NCBI RefSeq assembly: GCF_006345805.1
Contig: NC_042997.1
Coordinates: 88,350,001-88,414,000, forward strand
Reading direction: 5' to 3'
Length of the DNA: 64,000 nucleotides
From: Octopus sinensis
Lineage: Eukaryota
The position numbers were made by a program, and so were the translations under genes. Position 1 is the first letter of the stretch, and each line of letters opens with the position of its first letter. Below, in pieces: positions 1 through 13,283 of this stretch. The notes under the pieces were generated by a model that searched no databases, had not been told where the DNA came from, and worked only from the letters and a program-made list of their open reading frames with translations.

Positions 1-17
1 CTACCCATACATACATA

Positions 18-63
<46 letters not shown>

Positions 64-99
64 CACGCACGCACGCACACACACACACACATACATACA

Positions 100-130
<31 letters not shown>

Positions 131-821
131 GTGCAGGCATACATACGTAATCATCTACATGCATTCACATGTAATATGCACTTATTGGGTGGCTCCTTTA
201 GTAACTTGTACCTGCAGTTAAGAGACATGTGTTTATCATTACCATCACCTTCATCATTATTGTTATTATCCATTCTATTCCCATTGTATCAGTCATTAGT
301 GAGTCTCAAAATCTGTAACTCTCAACAGTATGACCCCCTCTTATCCATTAGTTGCCCTCTGTGGGTTGAGAGTGGTTACTATCCATTTCCTGTGAAGTCA
401 ACTCTGCCAGAGAATTGTGATAACATACACTATTCCATCTGTTCCAACTCCTCTTCATAATCATGATCATCATCATCATAACATGAACGTTAACAATTAC
501 ATACCAAATCCCAAACTTAAATATTGGCTTTAAATGTAAAGGGAAACAACTCTTAAATATGTGTTACCTACAGTAGTGTTAATGTTAAAAAAAAAACGTT
601 AATATACATATATGCTTTTATTTAGAAAGAGAGAAGGAAACAGACAGTGCCTGACAAACATACACACACACACATATGTATATATGTGTGTGTGTGTGTA
701 TACATATGCATGTGAGTGTATGTATATTTGCATAGTTATGCATATGTAACAGATGTGATCCAGAAACAATGTTGTTTCTAGCCTTCCTAATGTCTGATTA
801 AATTTCTATTGATTTCTTCAG

Positions 822-886
822 ATTCTAACATTTTGGGAATTCTACGAGCGTTGTGATCAAGCAGCTCGGTCAGCTCATGCTGTGAG
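822..886 (+). CDS. CNGB: CNGB exon (in-window 1): [21 protein letters not shown](R), S4-S5 linker
   Basis: tttcttcag acceptor, AG|gtaagt donor; phase 0 in, phase 2 out; AG+A gives the Arg that opens the next exon. Confidence 0.85.
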
Positions 887-1146
887 GTAAGTTCTCCTAT
901 CCCAAATGTGTGTGAGTGTGTGTGTTTGTGTGTGTGTACAGGTAAGGCTGTGTGGTGAAGAAGCTTCTTCTCAACCATATAGTTTTGAGTTCAGTCCCAC
1001 TGCATGACATCTTCAGCAAGTATCAAGGATCTTCTACAACGCTGGGCAAACCAAAGCCATGTTAGTACATTTGGTAAATAAGAAACTGAAAGAAGTCTGT
1101 TGTGTATACTAAATTAAATGATGATGATTAAATGATGATGATGATG

Positions 1147-1191
<45 letters not shown>

Positions 1192-2723
1192 TGCACGCAC
1201 ACCTACAGACTTAGATATACACACACACATGTGTATAGTGCATATGCTTGAGTGTAACTTTGTCTAGACATCTTGTAATGGTTGTAAATGAGTATCATTG
1301 TCATACAAGTGAAATAATTTATTTCTAGTCTTCCATGAAAATGCCTGGCCTTGGGAAATTTTACCTTGCTTGAGAACAGGTGAGGGTTAGTGAGGGGAAA
1401 AGTGGACATTAAAGAGGATGATGATGATGACAGTAATGTAGTGCATATATGCACCAAGTTGCACAGTAGCTAACTGAAACCTGTAGCTAGATGACAAAAT
1501 ACACTGCCATCATTAATACTTCAAGCGTTTTTGTTTAAGTTATTTTCATTCATTTTGTGAAAGTTTAGCAAATCAAACTAGCTGAAGAATAAACACCACT
1601 GTTGCAGTCACAAACACCTAAAAATTGAAATTGAATCACTATACAAAAACAATCAAACAACATGAATGCAATTTGCTCAAATATTGCTGATGTCATCAGA
1701 ACACTAACCATCTAGACTTCTGGTGCTTTTTCTGACAAGAGCATGTTATACATTTAGGGTATTTTAGCCACTAGCCTGCAGAAGCAAAGAGTAGACAAAC
1801 AGACCAAACTAGAGCAAGAGTCCATGAGACAGTAGCAGCACACACCTGACCATAGCACCAACGGATAGCAATTATTTTATTGTGGCAGTGACACAACCTA
1901 ACCAGCTAACTCCAAGAAACACATTACGGTGACTACTGTTAAACCTGATCCATCATTTCATATTAAATTCAGACTATCTTACTTGTGTAAACATCTTTTG
2001 TCATTTGTAGCAGCAACAACATTTAGTTGCTAATAAGGATAAATATTTTTGCATTTAAAATTTCAACAGAATGTGTGTTCGTTCAATTGTCATCAGTTTG
2101 ATATCAAACTGTTAACCTGTTGACCCACACACAGAAACTTCTTATCACTACATTGGTAATTCTGAAGAAAAGAACAGTATACAACCTAAACTTCAAATGG
2201 CTCAAACACCTGAATATCTGCCAGTAGTCTACCATAAATATATATATAAGTTTATATATGTATGTACACTAGGCATGGCTGTGTGATTAAGAAGTTTGCT
2301 TCCCAACCACATGGCTTCAGGTTCAATCCCACTGCATGGCAGCTTGGGCTCTATAGCTCCAGGCTGACCAAAACATTTTGAAGAGATTTTGTAGAGAGGA
2401 AACAAAAAGAAGCCTATCACTTGTGTGGAGGGGTGCATGCATACATGTGTGAGAGAAAGACAGAGAAAGAGCAAATGTATGAGTATTTCCTTATCCTAGC
2501 ATTGCATTTTATTTGTAAATGAGTTTCTCTGTTATACAAGCAGTGTTCATTGTTTCCAGTCTGCTTTGTAAATGGCTCTGGCTATGGGAAAATATTAACT
2601 TAGAGAAACAAGTGAGAGAAAAAATCTGTCTCAACAAATTCCATTCAACTCATGCAGTCATAGAAAAGAAAATGTTAAAATGATGGTGAAACAAAGTAGA
2701 GAAATAGAACTCAATGCATAAGA

Positions 2724-2770
<47 letters not shown>

Positions 2771-5500
2771 TTTATATATATACAAATCGAAAATAAAAAC
2801 AACAAAAGTTGAATGTATTGAATGTATTAATTTAACACTGAGTTTAAGATGGAAAATGTTGGAGTGTGTGACATCTTGAGCATGGCTCTTCATCAGAAAA
2901 AGACAAGATGAAAGGTCTGAAGAGAAGGAAAAGAATAGTCCAAGAAAAGACCTTGTGTTGCTACATGGCAGAAGTGACCAGAAGTGTTTATATATTCTTT
3001 TATTCTTTTACTTGTTTCAGTCATTTGACTACAGCCATGTTGGAGCACCACCTTGAAGGATTTTCATTGAGCAATTCAACCCTAGGACTTATTATTCTTA
3101 AGCCTAGTACTTATTCTATCACCACTATGTAACAGGATGTAAACACACCAACACCGGTTGTCAGTTGGTGATGGGGTGACAAACACAAAGACACACACTC
3201 ACAAATATATACATATGATAGGTTTCTTTCAATTTCTGTCTACCAAATTCACTCACAAGACTGAACCCAGAACCATGTGGTTGGGAAGCAAGCTTCTAAC
3301 CACACAGCCATGCCTGCAGCTATATATTTACTTGTAGAAATCAACTGTAATATTACATCAAGTTTGATATTTATTGTGCATGAAACTATTGACTCTTGGG
3401 TCAGTTGTGTAAGTTTACATCCAATTTAAATATGCATACATAAAATATTCATTATATGTACATGTGCATACATGTATGTATATATTTATATAGATGAACA
3501 GACACAACACACAAAGTACCACTTTCTTTAACTTCCCATCAATAGTAAACCTATGGTTGTTTTTGGAACAAAATAACTGTATCAGTATATCTTTCTCAAC
3601 TTCTTATCATCATCATCATCATCACCACCACCTTACCATCACCATCATTATTTTCATCTGCAATTCATTATCTCTCTCATGAGTTTGAACCCATATCACA
3701 TCATGAGAAAAACTTGACTTACAAAAGCGGTTAGACACTAGAGGTATTAATGTATATGTGTATGTATATGCATGCAGGCCTATCTGTGCTAGAGAGTAGA
3801 CACTATTTGTAGAAACCTGGAATACAAACTAGTGTCACATGGCTGCAATCCAATGATTGAAACTAGTAAAAGTATAAACATCAAAAGTTTTCAAAAAGCA
3901 TCCCACCCATGTTAACATAAAAATATCGATAATTTCCAGACTTTTTACTTGTGACATAATCGATTATATGAGATGTTAGTGTGGCAGTCATGGAATGTTG
4001 TATACAATTTACTGTCAAGTTTGTTTTTCTTATCCTTATCTATGCTATTCAGTGTGTGAGGAAAAAAAAGTGTTAAAGACATTATAGAGAAAAAAAATTG
4101 TTGATAAACTTTTTTTTTTCTGTTAAATATAAAGAAAACTGTTTTCAATTTTCTATTTTCAGAATTATCAAAACGATGACTTACATGTTATTCCTTATTC
4201 ACATTGAAACATGTGGTTACTATGCAGTGTCTGATTATGAAGGAATTGGTAGCAACCGATGGGTTTACAATGGCACTGGAAATGCGTGAGTTGATAAAAC
4301 CTTTTTCTTCTTTCTCAGATATATCTACTATTATTTTGTTATACTTTTATTATCTATTGTTGAAGCTTGTGAAATGGTGGTAGAGTAGATTAGAAAAATA
4401 CCCTTGCTTATTTAGTAGTTATCTTCTCTATTTTATGAATCCAGACTGTACCAACTGCTGGCATATTTAATTTTAGTTTCCTTTATATTGAGAGTTCAAA
4501 TCTTACTGACTGCTGGCTTGCTTTTCACCTTTTTTGGTGAGCAAAATACACACCTATCATATCCAGGAGATTATGTCAATTAAATATTTTCTTCTCCTAC
4601 AAACGTGTGGCTCTGTATCACCATAAGAAAACATTATTAATATTACCTGGCTCTTTGGATTTATTTCTGCTGTGTTCCTTGCAATAATATACAGTAATCC
4701 TCTCTAGGCCTTTTTTTTTTTTGCTTGGTAGTTCATTAGAGCCTTTCTTGCCTGTGGTTAGGTTCCATAAGTCATATAACAAATTGAAAATGCAAGTTTG
4801 TTCTGATAGAAAATCTCTATCATCACTGGGGTGTCTCTAGAATGGACTTGGTTCATGATAGTGTTTGAAGCAATGATCTGTTGATAATATTTTTATTACA
4901 CAACTTTATACAAGAGTCATTTTTTTACTTCCAGTAATGTATATGTTTATGTGTGTGTTTGTATACACACATATAGAAATAGATATTTATATGTATGTGT
5001 GTTGGTATGTATTCCATTAAATTATTACTACTTTACTGAATTCCATTTTATCTTTTCCAGCTACATTAGGTGTTTCTATTTGGCTACCAAAACAGCAACT
5101 TCTATTGGTAATAACCCCAAACCCACCAATGAGCTAGAATTTGTATTTATGACATTCTATTGGCTATCAGGGGTTTTTGTTTTTGCTCTTCTTGTTGGTC
5201 AGGTAAATGTTTTTCTTGTTTCTCTTTTCCCCTCTTCAAAGAATTTTATATGTATCTGAACTCTGATATTCTTAACTAGCTAAATATAAACAACTAAAAA
5301 CTACATCCAAGAAACTTGTTAGTGGTTTGCATTGGTAAAAGTTGCACAGTGAAGTTTATATGCCTTGGAGAGAAGCAGATTATGACATTGCAAGTCTGTG
5401 TTTTCTCCAAGAAAAAAGAAATGAAGTTTGCTCTCTCTCTTTCTCTCTATCTCTCTATCTATCTATCTATCTATCTATCTATTTTCTTTCTCTCTATCTT

Positions 5501-5551
<51 letters not shown>

Positions 5552-8500
5552 TCTCTCTCTCTATCTCTCTCTCTCTACTCTCTCCCTCTCATTTCCTGCA
5601 GAGACAGAGGTTCAACTATGTTTATTTTGACCCTCTGCCTCTGCAGGAAATGAACCATGTCTCAGAAAAAGGTGGTAATCTGATGGTGCAAAGTCTGAAG
5701 TGTAGGCAAGGGTGAGGCAGTACTTCCAGCCCCTCACGTTTGCATTTGATCACATTGGCAGTGCATGCTGGGACATTGGCATGCTGTAGGAGTGCACATC
5801 TTACATTGACCAATGCTCAGAAGAGGGCTTTTAAAGCATCAATATTGACTGCAGTTGTTGAGCGTAAAGGTTAGCATTCATAGTATTACCATCTTGGACA
5901 AACTCAAAGTGCAACATCACCTTGAAATTCCACCAAACACCCAACATGATCTTCTGTTCAAATTGCCCTTGTTTGACAACAGGTTCTGAAGCCTGACCAG
6001 AACAAAGCCACTGATTTCTTTCATTAGGAAAAAAAATAGATCCGTTTTTCATCCCCAGTTGAGCCTAGTCATTCATCAGTTCCTGAGGAGCTTCTTGACT
6101 GCATCTGTTGACAAGATTGAGCTTATGGAGGAGTCAATTGATAGTCCTTTGTGAATGACCAAGTTCTGCCAACAATGTACAAGCGCTTGTGCTTAGTTGT
6201 TGTTGAACCATTTCAAGTAAGGTCTCATCTTCCACAACTGAAGATTTCTCTGACCTTGGTTTGTCTTCGAAGCTGGTATCACCTTCTTTGAAAGATCTAA
6301 AACAGTTTTGTACCACATGTACATTGACAGTTTCTAGGCCTTCCACATCATTAATTTCTTTTGCTGCTGCCCTTGCACTCACTCCTTTCTTCCACAGATA
6401 GTGTAAAATGGCTCTAATTGCAATTTTTTCACCACTCATTATCAAAGTTGTAAAATAAAGAATAAGCAATTAATGTTTATCTGTTATATATGGAAATAAA
6501 AAATAAACAGTTCAGCAAAGGTTGGATAAGGTGTGTCAAATTAATGATATAACATAGTGATATAAGTTGCCAAAAATCATTAGGGAAATCAAAAATAACT
6601 TTTGACTTAATGTGATAAAAGAACAATCAAATTAATCATTTTGTTGGCTTTTCTGAATATTACCATTCTGTCTTAGTTGTAAACATGCTTCCCCATGATT
6701 TATGTCATAAAATTCACTATCCTTATTACAAATGTTATGTCAGTTTATTGAGAAAAATTTGGCTGCTACTATGCACTGGTTATTGCTGTAAAACCTTATT
6801 CAATAGTTGCATACAATCACTATTAACAGTATAAGCACTGTAAGATCAGGAAGTATATTGTTTATTTAACATACTAAATTCCCTCCTGTAGGCCTCAAGA
6901 AGATAACAGAAACCCACTCCAGTATTTCTTTCCCAAAAAGTGCTTTTTATAGAGTCACCAAAAACTATCTGCAACTCAATTTTGAAATCAAAAACTAATA
7001 AGGTATTTTTCAGAGCAACTAATGCCAGCTATTACAAAGATAGATTTCTACTCTTCCAAATTCCTTCCTCTTCTTTTCCTCATCACCCCCATATCAGAAA
7101 TTATTTAAATTTAACATCAACCTCATTTCTAGTTTGAATTAAGGTGGGCCTAAAAACCTCATAAATGCCACTTGAATCTTCCTTATAGTTTATTGATCTG
7201 TTTAATCTCCTTGCTGTCTATATTGACTGGTATCAGTCACATTTTATGACTTAACTCTTAAGATAGTGTGTCCCATAATAAATATTTAAAGACCACAATT
7301 AGAATATCAATCATGCAATGGAATTCAACTTATATCAGTCACGTTTTATGTATCTCTAATCTGTAATAAGCTTACCAGATATCTTTGTCTATTTGCACTC
7401 AGTTCACTGTGCATCATACATACATATATATGTATGTATGTGCACACACACATACATATATATACCCAGTAAAAACATTAATTAATTTGAGAATGTTAAC
7501 AAATAATGAATTGCTTTAAAAATTACAGAAATTATAGCTTATATGATTTATTCTTTTTTTAGTTTGTTTCAGGTTTTAATGTTTTTCTTCTGAAAAAATC
7601 TGATATTTGAGTTATTTTTCCACCATCAGTTTCCAATTTCTTCATCAACAGATCCGTGATATTGTACATGCTGCAGGACAAGTAGAGGCAAGTTACAGAA
7701 AACAGATGGACATTACATCGTGGTACATGCAGTCTATAAATTTACCAAAAGAAGTGCAGGGAAGAGTCCGGCATTGGTTTAACTACAATTGGGAACAACA
7801 AAAAACTTTAGGTATATTCTTCACAGTTCACTATTTTACAGTTTCCCAGGATAGTTTGCCTTGTATGATCATGCAATGTGTTGTGCATTAGAAGACATGT
7901 CATGTTAAGTAAAATTTTGGTTGTGGCCAGTCCCGGTGACACATAAAAAAGGCACTCATGCTGCTGACATATAAAAGACACCCACTCTGTAAAGTGGTAG
8001 TCATTAGGAAGGACATTCAGCAATTGAAACCAAGCTAAAATGGACTGGAGTCTGGTGCAACTCTCTCGATTCCCAGCTCTAACCCATGCCAGCATGGAAA
8101 ATGGACGTTAAATGATGATGATGATGATGATTCAGTATTTATATTTATAGATTTTTGGTGTTAATTGGTTTTGTAGTTATATTTAAATTCTTGCAGCTAA
8201 CCAACCCAACTGTAATAACATGTGGATAGTATGGAACCTGTTTCTCAGCCCATTAGAACTAAAGCATTTAGAATTCTGTATGAGTATTAGAAAACAATGT
8301 ATAATCATTGTACTGGACCTCTATGTAAATAACCAACAATGATAATTTACTGGGGTCAGATAGAAAATGTGTCTAGTTCTTAGCTAACGACTTATAAATC
8401 AATGTTGGGTTGATGCCATTATTCTATATATAATTTTATTAGAACATTTAAATACAAAGAAACATGAAATAAGAAAGAGAAGAAAAGAAAGAAAAGGGAA

Positions 8501-11500
8501 AAAAGTTGGGGGTGAGTAAAGCAACAGGAGATGGAGAGGGAATGGGCAATGAGCCACATACCACAGAACAAACGGTAATGACTGTGGTGGCATTGCCACA
8601 AAGAATGGCCTGTGACATTCATTGCAGCAGCCACTTCACTTCACAGGGCTTATTTCTCCAATGGGCCACCATTATCCCTATTTTGCAGATGAAATCAGTA
8701 GTATGGGGTCCTAGAACACCAGACTTCTCAACAGTGACCAGTACAAATTGATATTGCCTCTGAAATACAAAATTAGACACTTGCCACTCTATTTAACCTG
8801 TAAGCAGATAAATGGTGACCAAGATGGTGCAAGAGAGATTGTAGTAATGTGGTGCTAATTATTGTGAGGAGGAGATGGAAGGATACTTGTAGGAAAAGTG
8901 GAAACTATTGTGGTGTAGTGTTAGTACTTACTATGGTGATGTCTTATAGTAGTGTTGTGGTACTTATAGTGGTGCAATTGTACCCTTGGTAATGAAATGA
9001 GACCTATAGTAATCTCATGTTATGTGATGTAGTGTGATAGAGTCTGAAATGATAATGGAGAGGTTATAGTGATTTCATAGTAACTGTAATGATATACTGG
9101 TTGTTTTTGTGGCATGGGAGTATACTGGTGTGGTTTATATAGGAATCAAATAATGAGAATAGAATGAAATTGCTCTATACAAAATGCTGTAGTCTGCTGT
9201 TTAGCTCTGTTTGCATGGAAGAGATGAATTGCCATATAAATAAGTCACAAGTCTATCATAGGTAATATTGGTTTCAAATTTTGGCACAAGCCCAAAAATT
9301 TTGGAGGAGGGAATAAGTTGATTACAGTACTCAGCTGGTATTTATTTTATCGACCCCAAAAGGATGAATGGCAAAGTTGACCTCAGCAGAATTTGGACTC
9401 AGAATATAAAGATGGACAAAATGCCACTAAGCATTTTGCCTAATGTGCTAACAATTCTACCAGCTTGCAGCCCTATCATAAGTAATATTTTTAGATCTGA
9501 TATCTTTTCTACTTTCCATGTCTGTTTCTATCAGCAAGGTAAAGTGAAGCATATTGGATTATTTGTTGAAGCAGAGACAATGAAATGTTTGGTATCATTT
9601 TAATCTCATCATCATCATCATCGTTTAACATCCGCTTTCTGAGGTCTGGCAAACCAGATGGCTGCACCAGGCTCCAATCTGATCTGGCAGAATTTCTACA
9701 GCTGGATGCCCTTCCTAACGCCAACCATTCCAAGAGTGTAGTGGGTGCTATTACATGCCACCGACATGAGGGCCAGTCAGGCGGTACTGGCAACAGCCAC
9801 GCTCAAAGTATACATATACCTTATCCACTTGGACTGTTATCATGAGAAAATTCCAAGAGTGTATCTGTGTGCAGCAGTCAGTTACAAAGTTATCTAGATT
9901 ACTTAGTTCTTGATAACTACTGTGGGAATTTTGAGCAAACTTACTCTGGCACTTGATGCTGATTTTACTGCTTAAACTGTATTGTTTACAAAGTTGTTAA
10001 CTTAGGAAAGGCATGAATCTGAAGCAACAGAATTATCTATGACATCATAATTTTTATAATGCTTATAGTTATGATGATGATTGAGATTTTAGAGAGCTAA
10101 CCTAATTGTTTTACAGTTTCTAGTTTAATTCTTCAGCATCCTAAGCTAAAATCATATGAAGCTCAGCATCGCCCATCATCTTTCTAGAATCAGTAAGTTA
10201 CCAGTAATAAACTACAATAAAATTGGTTAACTATATATAACTTTTTCTTCAAAGTATTTACCCTTGAATCTAGGAATGAAATCCTTATTTGGATGGGTCC
10301 ACTCTTTATCTCTGTGATATCAATTCAACCAGATATATCAAAATTCATCTTTTGATGTACTGCTGACATTATGAATATCATCAAATGCTGTTAACATTTG
10401 GTACTAATATTTTTATCTATTTATTTATTTATTCTTAATAATGACTAAATATGTGTCTTTATATTTCAGATGAAAATTCTCTGATTGAGACTTTACCCCG
10501 GAAGATGAGAATAGACTTAGCAATTCATGTACATTATAGCACATTAAGCAAGTTAAAAATATTTCAGGTCTGTATCAGTTTTAACTGAAAATTGTAAAGA
10601 GCTTTATGTTTTTAACATTGATTGGAAGTTTTACTTGCAATCTACAACCCTAAACCTAAAGCCTGTAGCTTCATTTCTCAAACTTGAAAAAATGAATTTT
10701 TCTTGCAGTTTTCATTAAGATGAAATTGTCCTCAACTAAAAGCCAATATATTCTATAAAAATATTAAATCTTACAAACTCCATTGACCACTCTAGATGAT
10801 CCCAGATATTTAACATAATCCAGAATGTATCATAAAGTTTTGTTTCTCTAACAAGAATATACTTTGGCTGACTCTATGCAAAGCAAAACTGTAACATACA
10901 CACAATAAAATATACTCAACAATTAGTATGACCTCCATGACATATGTTCCTCTGGATTGTATCCAGCTCTGCACTATTAACCTGTCTTTATGGAGACCTG
11001 CTGAAAGTTAGCAACATCAGGCAAAGATGGCTGCAACTATCTGGTCACTGCTTGCACCACCCTGAACTAAAAGCATCTAAATTAGTCTTGTGGAACACAC
11101 TCCCTAGTGATGTAAGAAGCGGAAAATCTCATCACACATCAACAACTTAATTGTAGAAACTTGTCTGAAATGTGTCCAAGACCTCAAGGCAGTGATAGTG
11201 ATGTTTGACCGAGAAATGTGGCAGGTAGACTCTGTTGTTGTAGCCCAGGTTGGAACCTGACCATAATAATAATAAACCTGTTTGGCAAGGTTTTATTTAT
11301 AAGCATGTTACAATACTGACCAGTCATCAAAGCAAGTCTTCACTTTGTTTTTTTTTAATTAACAGTACAACCACCTCCAGTCATCTGAATTACGAACTCT
11401 TTAACAACTCTGTTTAAAGGGACCTCTATGTCGTCACTCAATCTGCTAAAAAGTGCAGCCAAATCTCTCTTAAATCAGACCCTACTACTTAAAAAAAATC

Positions 11501-13222
11501 AAATGATATACTGGATAATATAATATTAGATACACTATAGTTGAAAAACAAAAAATGAGTTAGGAACAGTTTGAGTACCTTTGATTATTGATGTACTGGA
11601 TCAGGTTTCACCTGGGGATAAAGAACAACTCTCATTCAGTTCTCCTACTGCCCTTTATTGTCATCCATTCCATATCACCCTACTCCCAAATCCATACTTA
11701 TACAAGTACAATCTTTTCTTCCAGCACTGCATCTTGTTAACTTAATTATCTCTAGTCTTCAGTCTTTGAAAGATCAAAAGCACCCCTCCTCTTCAGATTA
11801 TCAAAAGTACTTCTACACAACTAAGCATTATGATAAAGTAGATTTGGGTGAAACTTTAAAAATAAATGTCCACATTTAAATGATAATATTTAAATATATG
11901 TATGTAATATTTCAATACATAACATTGTAGCTCAATGCAGCCTTGTGAGTCACCAGATCCTATCAAACTGTCTAACCCTACCAGCATAGAAAATGGACAT
12001 TAAATGATGACAACAATGTGTAGAGTTATTTGATAAAAATAGTGTATCAGTGTATTGGTGACATGCTCTAAGTTTACCTACCCTCTTTTCTCCTCTTTTT
12101 ACTTTGTGAAAACTTTCATAAGTTATAAGCAAAGTTTCTATCTTCACTCAGGTGGTAAAGTGGCAGTAGAATTGTCAGATCATTGAATACCTTTCAGTAT
12201 TTGTTTCAACTCTCTGTTCTCCATGTTCACAATTCAATGAGGTCAACTTTACCTTTCATCCTTTTGTGGGGGTCAGTAGAAGTACCAGTCCAGGGTAGTG
12301 GATCAGTAAAAATGTTAAAGCATCAGATGAGAGGCTTTGCAATATTTGTTCCAACCCTTTGTGTTCTGATAACAATGCTTGCATGTCACGAGTACCAAGT
12401 TGTCTCGGCGCTGAAGTGCTGACTTTTCCCTCAAACAATATTGGCAACACAGAGAGGGGATACTCACATACACAGGCAACCACCAGCCTTCCACAAAAAC
12501 AACTTGCTCAAGCATGCTTATACAGATAGAGATAAATGATCAACCCTAACCAACAAAATGTCCCTCCCATCCTCTCTGGAAAATAAATAAAAGCAAGTAT
12601 GCAATTTATAACTTCCACCTGAGACAATTTGTTATGTAAACTTACCTCAATACGAAATCTGTTTCATGTATACATTATTAAATAACTTTTAAACCATTTT
12701 TTTTCTTTAATAGGACTGCGATCAGAACTTATTATTTGATTTAGTTGCCAAGTTACGACCCGTACTTTGTCTCCCAGGAGATTTTATTTGTCACAAGGTT
12801 AGTCTATTCTCTAACTTCTACTTGTCTTTTAGTAGTCCATATGTCACTCATATATATATATATATATATATATACAAATATATGGTGGAGGTATCTCCTG
12901 CGTTCATTGATGAAGATTCAGTTGTTCGATCAACTGAATAACTTGCTGCTGAAGTAACATGTAAGTAGCCAAGCAATGCTTAGACATGTATATCCTTAAC
13001 ATGATTCTCAAGTAGAGTCAGCATGACACAGTCTGTGAGAAGGTTGTACCTTTTGAATTACAGGTACAATCCACCTGCTGCACAGGCTTCTGGGCAGTTT
13101 ATGCCGACCCAATTTCACACAGATTAGGTTTGACTAGAGTCATAATAATATTTGCCCAAAACACAATGGTATTAAACCTAGGATGTCTTGATTGCAAAGT
13201 GATCTTCTTAAAAATTTGACAA

Positions 13223-13283
<61 letters not shown>

